Shown here: in pieces, positions 53,721 through 64,000 of the stretch
Position numbering within the stretch: position 1 is the first letter of the stretch
Layout: every line of letters starts with the position of its first letter
Assembly: GCA_951406725.2 (NCBI GenBank)
Contig: OX597832.1
Location: 41,044,001-41,108,000 of the forward strand
DNA length: 64,000 nt
DNA from: Octopus vulgaris
Lineage: Eukaryota
Reading direction: 5' to 3'
The notes under the pieces: generated by a model
Seen by the model: only the letters and a program-made list of their open reading frames with translations
Database searches by the model: none
What the model was told of the DNA's origin: nothing
Program-made: the position numbers and the translations under genes

Positions 53721-54509
53721 TTCAAAAACTTCCATAAGATTTCCACCAATAACACCCCAACAATTACTAATACCAAAACAAATACAACCAACACCACTAC
53801 TACTAACAACTTACAAAAAAACTATAATAGTATCAGAATGATAGCAATGTCTGTAGCTACATATGTTGTATACCAACACAGTGCTGTCTTTGTGTATATG
53901 TGCATGAATGTATGTGAGTTGAGTATGTGCATGTTTGTGAGTGTGCGTGCGTGTATGGAGTATTTATGATTCAAATTATAAATGCAAGAGGCAAAATGTC
54001 CATAAAACTGATAACCATTCAACTAACTTTAATACAGTGGTCCCTCCCACCTCACTCCTTCACCCTTTCGTCTTTTCATTTTCATCCTTACATCCACATG
54101 AATGAGACAACAAGCTTGTGCTCTCACAAAACAGTTCTTTCATGATGCTATTTTTTCACTACACACTTGTTGCGGATAATTATTGATCACCACAGCTGTT
54201 AGATTTACTAACGATTTAAGATGTCTGGAAAGAAGCCATAAAGTGGAACTAAAAAAGCAGTACGAATAAGAACTTTAAAAGGATTACACATAATATTAGA
54301 TATGATGCTTTTAAAAGGATTAATGCAGCAGATCAAAATTAGCCACATTGCCACTGGGAAGAATATGTGACATTAGAGAGGAAATTAAATGAAGTGGTCA
54401 AGAAGCTACTCTGGTAAAAGCTCAGACCTTATTTTTTTTCATAGATCTAATATTATGATTAAAGTAGAAGGTTGTAGTGCATATGGACCATGTATCAAAC
54501 TCGATATAG

Positions 54510-54700
54510 CTTTGCGGTATTTTGTCTCAGTTCAATCTGAGTTCAAATTCCGCCGAGGTCGACTTAGCCTTTCATCTTTTCAGGGTTGGTTAAATAAGTA
54601 CTAGTTATGCACTGGAGTCGATGTAATCGACTTAATCCGTTTGTATGTCCTTGTTTGTCCTCTCTGTGTTTAGCTCCTTGTGGGTAGTAAAGAAATAGAT
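54510..54700 (+). mobile_element. SINE family B, 5'-truncated
   Basis: Matches 3' two thirds of 50587-50817. Confidence 0.8.
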
Positions 54701-55397
54701 ATAGTTTTGCTAATTAGCACGAGGGTAATTTATTTGAAAAAAAAAAATTTGAGTGATTGATGATTCATAGGAAATATAAAGTGAAACTTCTTATGAAAAT
54801 TGAAGTAAGAGAATTTCATTTTTAATTCTTCTAACAGACAAGAAGCATTAAATGGATTTGGATTTAGATTTGGATTCATAAATTCCATAATGAATGACAT
54901 CTAGACCAGCTGACCAGATTTAACCTTGAAAATAAAGACAATGAAATTGGTTCAAAGTGTTTCAAATGTTTCACAATCATGGAGCAGTTGATGAAGAGCA
55001 GACAAAGGTTGTTGTGACTCCAAATATGACACCATTTACTTTTTTAATTCATTTAATCAACATTTGGTGACACAAAACAAATCTACAAATGTATTAGCTA
55101 GTTAATCTGAATGTAATACCTCATATCAGATTAGTGCGTTAATAAGTAATTAAGATGAGGCATGATTAGAGAAAGAAAAGTCCACTGAAAATGAAAGCTA
55201 TTGTTCTTGTCATTGGTGTTATCTGAATGACGTAACATGGCAGATGATCGCTAAAGCTTTGAATTGCTTGCATTTAAATAACTTTATAATGTTTCATTAT
55301 ATTTGTTGTTTTGTAATAGGATTTGGATGTGTGTATGTGTATAAATATATACACACACACATACACATACATATGTATATACACTGATGTATATATG

Positions 55398-55482
<85 letters not shown>

Positions 55483-55504
55483 ATTATATAGATATATATT
55501 ATAT

Positions 55505-55806
55505 GTGGAGACGCAATGGCCCAGTGGTTAGGGCAGCAGACTCGCGGTCGTAAGATCGCGGTTTCGATTCCCAGACCGGGCGTTGTGTGTGTCTATTGAG
55601 CGAAAACACCTAAAAGCTCCACGAGGCTCCGACAGGGGGTGGTGATCCCTGCTGTACTCTTTCACCACTCTTTCTTCTGTTGGCCTGCTCACTTAGCCAG
55701 CGGGGTGGCGTCATTTGAAGGCTAAAACAATGCGAATGCATTGTGACCAGCGATGTGTAACATCTGATGGTCTGGTCGGTCACATGATGATGATGATGAT
55801 GATGAT
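55505..55806 (+). mobile_element. SINE family C variant with alternative 3' half and (GAT)n tail
   Basis: First ~165 bp match 56811-56978; remainder unrelated; inserted in (TA)n. Confidence 0.85.
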
Positions 55807-56810
55807 ATATTATATATATATATAATATATATATATATATTATATATATATGATTTATATATATATATATAATGTACATATTTATACATACAAATACATA
55901 TATATATAATGTGCATATGCATTTATGTATGTGCAATAATATATACATATGTATGTGTGAGTGTGTGTGTGTGTGTCTATCAGTGAGTCACTGTATAAAG
56001 ACGTGTGCAACAGCTTTAAATTATCAGTGTCACCTCGATAAAGCAGATAATTTAGCAAGGCTTTAACTTCCTCATCAATTTCGTCATTTACAGAGGTCAA
56101 TTTAGAAAAATACGGTGACAAGCAATCAACAATGTGACTGCTGACTACTGTTTTTAAACTACACAACTTGAGTGAAGGTTAAGAACCGGCTGTGATCACA
56201 TCAAGCCAAAATGGGTGCGTGTATATGAACTGAAAAAAGCCCCTCGTATACAGGGTAGTACAAAAGTCACGCACCACCCTAATCAGGAGAGAAGTTTGAT
56301 TATATCAGAGATAAGATATTCTTTTATTTTATTTACATAACATTCATTATCACAAAATTATTAGGTCACAAAAAAATATGGTTACAATAATTGTTCAAAG
56401 TGATTTCCCTGACATTCATTAAATTTCTGAAAATGAAACCAAACAGAGTTTTGACCAGAGTTGGCAAGCTGGGGATCTACACCAGACTCCAGTCTGATTT
56501 CATGCAGTTTCTACAGCTGGATACCTTTCCTAATGCCAACCACCTTATAGAGTGTGCAGGGTGCTTATATATGGGGCTACATAGGTGGTGCCATATGTGT
56601 GTGTGTATCTATGTATTTGTGTATATATACACACATAGATTGGACAAATAGTCTTTCATTTTATTTCAACTTTGGGAAGTTTTGTGGAAGGATTTCAACC
56701 ACCCCTCAAGGGACCAAAAGGTGAACGAACTGTGAGCAATTGGCAGTTCACTGTGAGCCATGGTTGAGAGCTTTGAGTCTCTTGTAATAGTAATAGTAGT
56801 GTGTTGTGTA

Positions 56811-57197
56811 GTGGAGGCGCAATGGCCCAGTGGTTAGGGCAGCGGACTCGCGGTCATAGGATCGCGGTTTCGATTCCCAGACCGGGCGTTGTGAGTGTTT
56901 ATTGAGCGAAAACACCTAAAAAAGCTCCACGAGGCTCCAGCAGGGGATGGTGGTGATCCCATCTGTACTCTTTCACCACAACTTTCTCTCACTCTTACTT
57001 CCTGTTTCTGTTGTACCTGTATTTCAAGGGGCTGGCCTTGTCACTCTCTGTGTCACGCTGAATATCCCGGAGAACTACGTTAAGGGTGCACGTGTCTGTG
57101 GAGTGCTCAGCCACTTACACGTTAATTTCACGAGCAGGCTGTTCCGTTGATTCGGATCAACCGGAACCCTCGTTGTCGTAACCGACGGAGTGCTTCC
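56811..57197 (+). mobile_element. SINE family C (tRNA-derived), full length with TSD
   Basis: A box tggcccagtgg, B box gtttcgattcc, Arg-like ggactcgcggtc arm; 13-bp TSD agtgtgttgtgta (56798-810, 57198-210). Confidence 0.92.
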
Positions 57198-57684
57198 AGT
57201 GTGTTGTGTAAATACTTTCTTTCCTCCCTGCTTCGTTATATTACATATCCAATAGAAGGATATAAAAGGAAGTGACCATGCTGGGGCAACGCCTTCAAGG
57301 TTTTAGTCATGGTAACTTTTTCAAGCTGTTATTTATTTTAGTATTTCCTATTCATTCAACTGTTAAGTTTTCGTGACATTCAGACACTCATCATAGACCA
57401 CATTGTTCTTTTAGACTCGTGCAAGCATAAACTGAGAGACTGCCAGGTACATGTATACACATACATAAACATGTATACATGTGTACATAACCGAAGTGTT
57501 AATAACAAAACAAGTAGCAACTATGAGGACTCGAAGTGTAATAAAATACCAAGAATAAATATTCATTTATTAATATTAATGATTCGTGACAAACTGTTGC
57601 GGTTTCGTTCAGCTGAATTCGTCTCACAAATCATTCGTTGCAGTTAGCAGCGTGCCAGGATGCATTAATATTAATAAATAATGA

Positions 57685-57756
57685 ACACACACATACATAT
57701 ATATACATATGCAAATGTATGCATGTGTACATATATATATATATAGATATATATTC

Positions 57757-57787
<31 letters not shown>

Positions 57788-57893
57788 CATATGATTGATT
57801 GATTGATTGATTCTAGTTTCAGCTTATGAGCTGTGGCCATGCTGGGGCACCATATATATATATATATATATATAGATACATATATATATATAT

Positions 57894-57926
<33 letters not shown>

Positions 57927-57933
57927 TATATAC

Positions 57934-57964
<31 letters not shown>

Positions 57965-57966
57965 CA

Positions 57967-57998
<32 letters not shown>

Positions 57999-58062
57999 TA
58001 CATATATATATATACACATATATATATATACATATATATACACACACACATATATATATACC

Positions 58063-58112
<50 letters not shown>

Positions 58113-58188
58113 GGTATATATGTGTGTGTATATATATATATATATACACACATATATATATATATACACATATATATATATATATGTG

Positions 58189-58219
<31 letters not shown>

Positions 58220-58240
58220 ATACCTATATACACACACACA
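57685..58240. repeat. Long (TA)n/(CA)n/(TG)n microsatellite tract
   Basis: Direct reading; similar tracts at 8328-8500, 14100-14185, 17344-17447, 44500-44685, 55330-55503. Confidence 0.95.
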
Positions 58241-58475
58241 TGATGAGCTTATATGCAGACTCTGTCCCTCTGAGTTCCACTCATATGATATTGGTCAACT
58301 TGAAACTACAGAATCACATGACTGTGAAGAGACATTCTTAATCATACGACAGCCTTGCATGCATCTACCATAAACGTGTATCTTGTGTGTTTGTGTATGC
58401 ATTCATCATTCGATGCAGGGTAATGATAATATGAACTTGGGCACTGCAGTTTATTTAGGCCAGTTTAGTGGCTTA

Positions 58476-58508
<33 letters not shown>

Positions 58509-58552
58509 TATATATTTGGAAATAATGCTGAATATTATTATGAAGCTCCTCG

Positions 58553-58930
58553 TTACTCTTTTTACTTGTTTCAGTCATTTGACTGCGGCCATGCTGGAGC
58601 ACCGCCCTTAGTCGAGCAAATCGACCCCGGGACTTATTCTTTGTAAGCCCAGTACTTATTCTATTGGTCTCTTTTGCCGAACCGCTAAGTGACGGGGACG
58701 TAAACACACCAGCATCGGTTGTCAAGCAATGCTAGGGTGACAAACACAGACACACAAACATATACACACACACTTATATATATATACATATACATATATA
58801 CGACGGGCTTCTTTCAGTTTCCGTCTACCAAATCCACTCACACGGCATTGGTCGGCCCGGGGCTATAATAGAAGACACTTGCCCAAGATGCCACGCAGTG
58901 GGACTGAACCCGGAACCATGTGGTTGGTTA
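58553..58930 (-). mobile_element. SINE family A, head truncated at a piggyBac MITE
   Basis: Reverse complement match to 7486-7865; junction ggttggtta overlaps the MITE end. Confidence 0.88.
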
Positions 58931-59140
58931 CTGTATTTATTTTGAGATGTTCTGTGTTTCTTTCAATTACTTTAAATATAACAAAGAATTTAGTAAAATA
59001 ACTTAGTTATCATTCAGCTTGTATTAGGAACATAAATTGTGACTAAGGTTTGGTGGAAGATTTTAATTGAAACCTTAAGAAAACAAGACATTTGTATGAT
59101 GGAACCAGAGCCGGTTCCAGCCGGGTTGGTAATGAAAGGG
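58926..59140 (-). mobile_element. piggyBac-type MITE family 1, reverse orientation, one end truncated
   Basis: Reverse complement of 10-230; ...GAAAGGG|TTAA at 59140. Confidence 0.8.
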
Positions 59141-59657
59141 TTAAATGTAGTAGCTACAATGTCGAGCTTTCCTATTGAGAATGCTGAACTTAAACTAGTA
59201 CTCAGTATTGATAATACTAGGTATTCTGGAATTACTAAGGATAAGACAGATTGTAAGATGTCTAATTCAAATAATTCTGATTGAACAACTTACAATATTT
59301 CGGTCAACTCTAAGACAGTGATCAGTGCCAGGTCACAGGGAATAATAGCACTTATAATCAGGATAGAATACAAGAAAATAATAAGCATGGAAACGGTTTG
59401 ATTGCTAGAGAAGTTTGATAATGTTACTCTGGGAAATATACAATACTTAGTAGTAGGGAAAATGTAGGAAGTGTGAAATTTCCTGGTATAATGCTCTCTT
59501 TGCCAATAATATAAAAACTTCTATTCTGAAATTTTATCTTGAATTATTGGAAAGAAATTTCTCTCCTCATCATAAGTATCATAGAATATTTAACAAAAAA
59601 ACTATTAAACTCTCATATTCGCTACTCCTAACCTCACAGCCATTTAGCTGTCCCACA

Positions 59658-59830
59658 AGCTGCCGGACGAGATAGTGAAGATGCAGACGACCACTCGGTT
59701 CAAAGTCTCTCTTGACCAGAAATGGCCTGAACTCTTTGCATGAACACCCTCCCTGTACATAACTCCATGTCCTCCTACATGGCCTTGCTTTTTGCTTTTT
59801 GAGCCAAAAAATTAACTTAACTTAACTTAA
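59658..59830 (+). mobile_element. CR1-type LINE extreme 3' end with (CTTAA)n tail
   Basis: Reverse complement of 24616-24770/29720-29860; encodes KLPDEIVKMQTTTRFKVSLDQKWPELFA*. Confidence 0.82.
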
Positions 59831-59977
59831 AAAGAGCTAAAATTCAAAATTATTATAGAAAGATACCATTACATGAAGAGGGAAGTAATTTACATTCATA
59901 TAGTAATTTATAATTCTGATACAACCTCCCTCCCATTTCCTTCAAAGTCTTTCCCAGATCTCTCGATAAAATTACTA

Positions 59978-60183
59978 TTTACTCTTTACTCTCTCTTTTA
60001 CTTGTTTCAGTCATTTGACTGCGGCCATGCTGGAGCACCGCCTTTAGTCGAGCAACTCGACCCCGGGACTTATTCTTTGTAAACCCAGTACTTATTCTAT
60101 CGGTCTCTTTTGCCGAACTGCTAAGTGACGGGGACGTAAACACACCAGCATCGGTTGTCAAGCAATACTAGGGGGACAAACAC

Positions 60184-60200
<17 letters not shown>
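59978..60200 (-). mobile_element. SINE family A 3' half
   Basis: Matches 46178-46400. Confidence 0.85.
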
Positions 60201-60214
<14 letters not shown>

Positions 60215-60893
60215 CATATATATTTTTACTATATATTTACTATATATTTCTTTCTTTTCTTCTCTGTCCTTATAACTTCTAAACATCAGAAATGAGGTTT
60301 GTACCCTACTAAATTGGTATGATAAGTAATTTCCAATCATATTCTTATAGTACACTCGCTGCTTTGTTGCACTGGTCCTTTCACAATGCCTTTTAACTTA
60401 CAAGCATATAAATTCTGATTTACCAGAATGACACATCACATGACTACATCCCTTATTATTCAGGTTCACTGAACCTTTGCATCGTTTACACAAACATTTA
60501 TCACACTATGACTAATATCTTTGGTAAAGTCCTACATAAACGAACACCTTCCAACTGTACTAATCTTACCACTGCCACTTTACACTTACACATTGAGACA
60601 CAGCATCACAAATCCAAACAATAACTTTGAATGAAAGCACATACATAATAATTTGAACCCCTTCACATTATAATTTTCTATGTTTTTATTGCATATTTAT
60701 TTTATTTAAATTATTGATTTAAAGTTATGTTTAGTATCTCCATTATTGATATGGCAGAATTATTATTATTATTAATAATATTGTTATTGTCATACTATTT
60801 TGTCTTTGACTTTTACATTTGTGAATAACATTAATTGTTCACACACACACACACACTCACACCCACACACACCCACACCCACACACACACATA

Positions 60894-62046
60894 TCAGGTC
60901 ATCCCATATGTTCTGTCTGATTTTACCTTTATTAAAATTGAATGAAATTTAATAGTATTTTAGAATGTCTAATGGAATTTAAAATTATTTTTATGCATTC
61001 ATGTACATTTAAACTAATTAAATATTATTTTACAGAATAATAGAATTAAAATTTCTTTGATTAAAACCCTTTCTAACGTGGAAGTATCCAAAGAGCATTT
61101 GAGGCACATAATGCTTTATGAGTACAAAAAAGGAAATTCTGTAGCCAAAGCGACTTGAAACATACACTCAGTTTATGAGAAAGAATGCGTGAATGAAAGA
61201 ACTTGCAGAAGATGGTTTGCAAAATTCAAAAGTGGAGATTTCTGCCTTCAAGATGAAGATCAAACAGGACGTCCAGTTGAGTTTGATGATAAGCTCCTTG
61301 AGACATTACTTGAAGAAAATCCTGCATTATCAGTTGAAGAAATGGCAATAAAGCTTAGTTCAAACCATACAACTGTTCATCGTTATCTTCAACTTGGAAA
61401 GGTTCCTAAACTTGGAAAATGGGTGCCTCATGAATTGTCCAAAAGCAACTACAAATCCCGAGTTGACATCAGCTCTTCTCTCCATTCTCGCGAACTTGTT
61501 TCATCCTTTTCGGTATCTGGTGGGATTGCAAAAGAGTAATTCACTTTGAGTTGTTACTACCTAATGCAACAATCAATGCTCAAGTCTACTGTCAGTAATT
61601 AGAGCGTTTGAACCAAGCTTTGAAGAAAAAAAGACCCGCTTTAGTGAATCGAAAAGGAGTGATGTTTCATCAGGACAATGCGCGAACCCACACTGCAAAG
61701 ATCACATCACAGAAGATTGAAAAGCTTGGTTGTGAAAAAATTCCTCATCCACCTTATTCTCCCGACCTTGTTCCTTCAGACTGCCATTAGTTTCGTAGTC
61801 TACAGAATCATTTGGGAGACATAACTTTCGCAAGCCAGGGGGGACGTTGAAAATAACATTTCAGAGTTCTTCGCTTTGAAACCAAAAGAGTTTTACATTG
61901 ATGGGATGAAAAAGCTTGTAAATAGATGGAAGGAAGTCATAGATAATCAGGGAAAGTACATTGATGATTAAATTTCAATTAAATATGACATTTGATCCCT
62001 TGTTTTCTTTATCCAAAATTCAGACAGAACTTATGGGATAACCTGA
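60894..62046 (+). mobile_element. Mariner transposon with both TIRs, defective transposase
   Basis: TA|TCAGGTCATCCCATATGTTCTGTCTGATTTT ... AAAATTCAGACAGAACTTATGGGATAACCTGA|TA; motifs WVPHEL, HQDNARTH, HPPYSPDLVPSD; stops and an internal deletion near 61510 removing the first catalytic Asp (TGDEKW) region. Confidence 0.93.
61078..61970 (+). pseudogene. Mariner transposase pseudogene
   Basis: VEVSKEHLRHIMLYEYKKG...RRWFAKFKSGDFCLQDEDQTGRP...WVPHELS / ...YSPDLVPSD...GKYIDD*; interrupted by stops and frameshifts. Confidence 0.88.
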
Positions 62047-63149
62047 TATATAGGAATAAAATATTTTTGGTAGTGCATAGAAGAAATTAAAGAATTGTTC
62101 CTTAGTTTATTTGAACACAGGTATGACGAGTCATACGGGGAATGAAATAAAATAAAGTAACATATTTTATGTTATTAGATTTTAAAATGTTTTTAAAAAC
62201 AAAACAAGATAGACATGAAAGGAATGCATTTGATTGCGAGTCGACTCAGTTGGGGCTGACTTAGATCTAAGCAACAAAATCAATTACACATCAAAAATCA
62301 CAGCGAGTTTCTATGTGGTTACTAATCTGTTAGAAATTGCAGCCAAATCCCCTTTAAATCATATCCTACCGTCTTGGAAAAAGATTAGATAATCTAGTCC
62401 TAAATACACTATGTCTCAATAAAAGATGCAATGCTTTTTTGTACCTAGAACTACATATTTCAAATGTAGCCTTCCTTATTTAAAGAAGGTAGAATGTAAA
62501 TTTGAGTGAGATTTGACTATTTTTAGCAGGCTGAGTGACCACCACACAGAAACTCCATTTTTGGATCATGTTAATTAGCAGAAATATATAAATTCTAATT
62601 CAAACATCCTACCACCACCACCACCACCTCTGCTACCGACACCACCGCCTCCACCACCACCACCATCACAAGCATCACCACCATGTCACTAATGTGATGT
62701 CATGTAATGTCAATACAGGAAATTATATTAGCATGAGATTGCTGATGAAATGTATGTACAAGGAAATATTAAAAAATTCCAGAAGATTTTGTTGACATTT
62801 CTGGATATTAACATTCCTGCAATGGGTGTCATATACATAGCTGTATCGGTTAAAAGTTGCTTCACAACCATGGGAACCCAGAGGGGTTCACTCACCCTGT
62901 GGTATCTTGCGTAAATACGTTTTACCATAGCCTCAGGTTGACTAATTTGCATGAAACTGCAAGACAGAAATACACACACACACACATACTCTTGCACTGG
63001 TTCCATTTGCTGACCGGTGGCCATGATACGGTATTGCTTGCAAACATTTTTAGTCAATTATATCATCCCCACTACTTCAATTTGATACCGTAAATCCTCG
63101 AGTATAATCCGCATTTTTTCCCAAAATTTAAAGGTCAAGTGTTGGGATG

Positions 63150-63456
63150 ACCAAAGCTCTGTGAGTGGATGTGGTAGACAGAAACTGAAAGAAGCCTGTT
63201 GTATGTGTGTGTATATATGTATGTATACGTCTATGTGTGTGTGTCTTTGTGTCTGTATTCAGAAACCCTTAAAAGTGTCACCCACCACTGCTTGGCAACT
63301 GGTGTCAATGTGTTTTCATCCCTGTAACTGGTTTGGCTAAAGTGACCAATAGAATAAGAAGTGGGCTTAAAAAATAAGTCCTGGGGTCGATTTGTTCAGC
63401 TAAAGCCCTTCAAGGTGGTGCCCCAGTATGACTGCAGTCAAAATGACTGAAGCAAA
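63150..63456 (+). mobile_element. Older SINE family A copy interrupted by a Helitron
   Basis: gtgagtggatgtggtagacagaaactgaaagaagcc...gactgaagcaaa; its aaaagat tail resumes after 63728. Confidence 0.75.
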
Positions 63457-63728
63457 TCTTTATATATTACAGTGAAGTTGTGTCTGTCTCCTACATCTAG
63501 CGGTGCAGTGTAACCAAAAGCGGGTATCTTAAAGTCGTGATTCATATCGAGCCCTTCTGGGTATTAGCGCGCGTCCACGATGAGTCTACGATTTTAAAAA
63601 AAATTTACCATCATTTTTTCCCATTTTTAATGCATTTTTTCGCTATTATATAAGGGAAGTAACTCTCTAAAAATGCTTATATAGTTATTTCCTTTACAAA
63701 CCCAAGCAACGCCGGGCGATACTGCTAG
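63457..63728 (+). mobile_element. Non-autonomous Helitron, 272 bp
   Basis: A|TCTTTATATAT 5' end; 3' hairpin CCCAAGCAACGCCGGG (63701-16), 8-nt spacer, CTAG|T; no TSD. Confidence 0.82.
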
Positions 63729-63864
63729 TAAATAATAAAAGATAAAAGATGAGAAAACACAAAACAACACCAGTCACAAGCTTCAGAGACAACGACAGAC
63801 AAAAGTCAGGAGCTCTCAATTATACCCTCGGATGATCTCATACTTAACCTGACCTGATATTAAC

Positions 63865-64000
63865 TCTCTTTACTCTTTTACTCTTTTACTTGTTTCAGTC
63901 ATTTGACTGCAGCCATGCTGGAGCACCGCCTTTAATCGAGCAACTCGACCCCGGGACTTATTCTTTTGTAAGCCCAGTACTTATTCTATCAGTCTCTTTT
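63865..64000 (-). mobile_element. SINE family A 3' end, cut by window edge
   Basis: (ctctttta)n tail and body match 46178-46300. Confidence 0.85.

Noticed and set aside
56813-56885. tRNA-like sequence (also 51366-51438, 55507-55580, 20027-20098, ~5770-5840)
   Set aside because: Acceptor stems do not close and each continues into a repeat body; SINE heads, not tRNA genes.
57631-58373. Long YI/CV/HT-rich ORFs (also 8226-8535, 44186-44801, 55323-55948)
   Set aside because: Translations of TA/CA microsatellites.

Overview
AT-rich, microsatellite- and SINE-dense animal DNA. The repeat families look like those of an octopod cephalopod (Octopus-like); this is recognition from memory, not a database result. 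Only one protein-coding gene is secure: a two-exon beta-tubulin on the + strand (33580-34101 + 34493-35308, 445 aa) with a TATA box and polyA signals, sitting in a ~9 kb island free of the common SINEs. The rest is mostly mobile-element debris: four SINE families (labelled A-D here), piggyBac-type TTAA MITEs, two non-autonomous Helitrons, mariner relics, hAT-like ends and RTE/CR1/Jockey-type LINE fragments. Nearly all other ORFs in the track are translations of repeats. The most unusual signal is a set of minimal type-I hammerhead ribozyme motifs on the minus strand, of the kind known from Penelope-like retroelements. One of them lies in a short element with a tRNA-derived Pol III head, arranged head-to-head with a deleted inverted copy (19818-20164): a candidate ribozyme-carrying, Penelope-mobilised SINE. 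Also noted: inverted SINE pairs able to form long dsRNA, candidate minus-strand exons, local duplications and foldback hairpins. Repeat boundaries were read by eye and are approximate unless TSDs are quoted.
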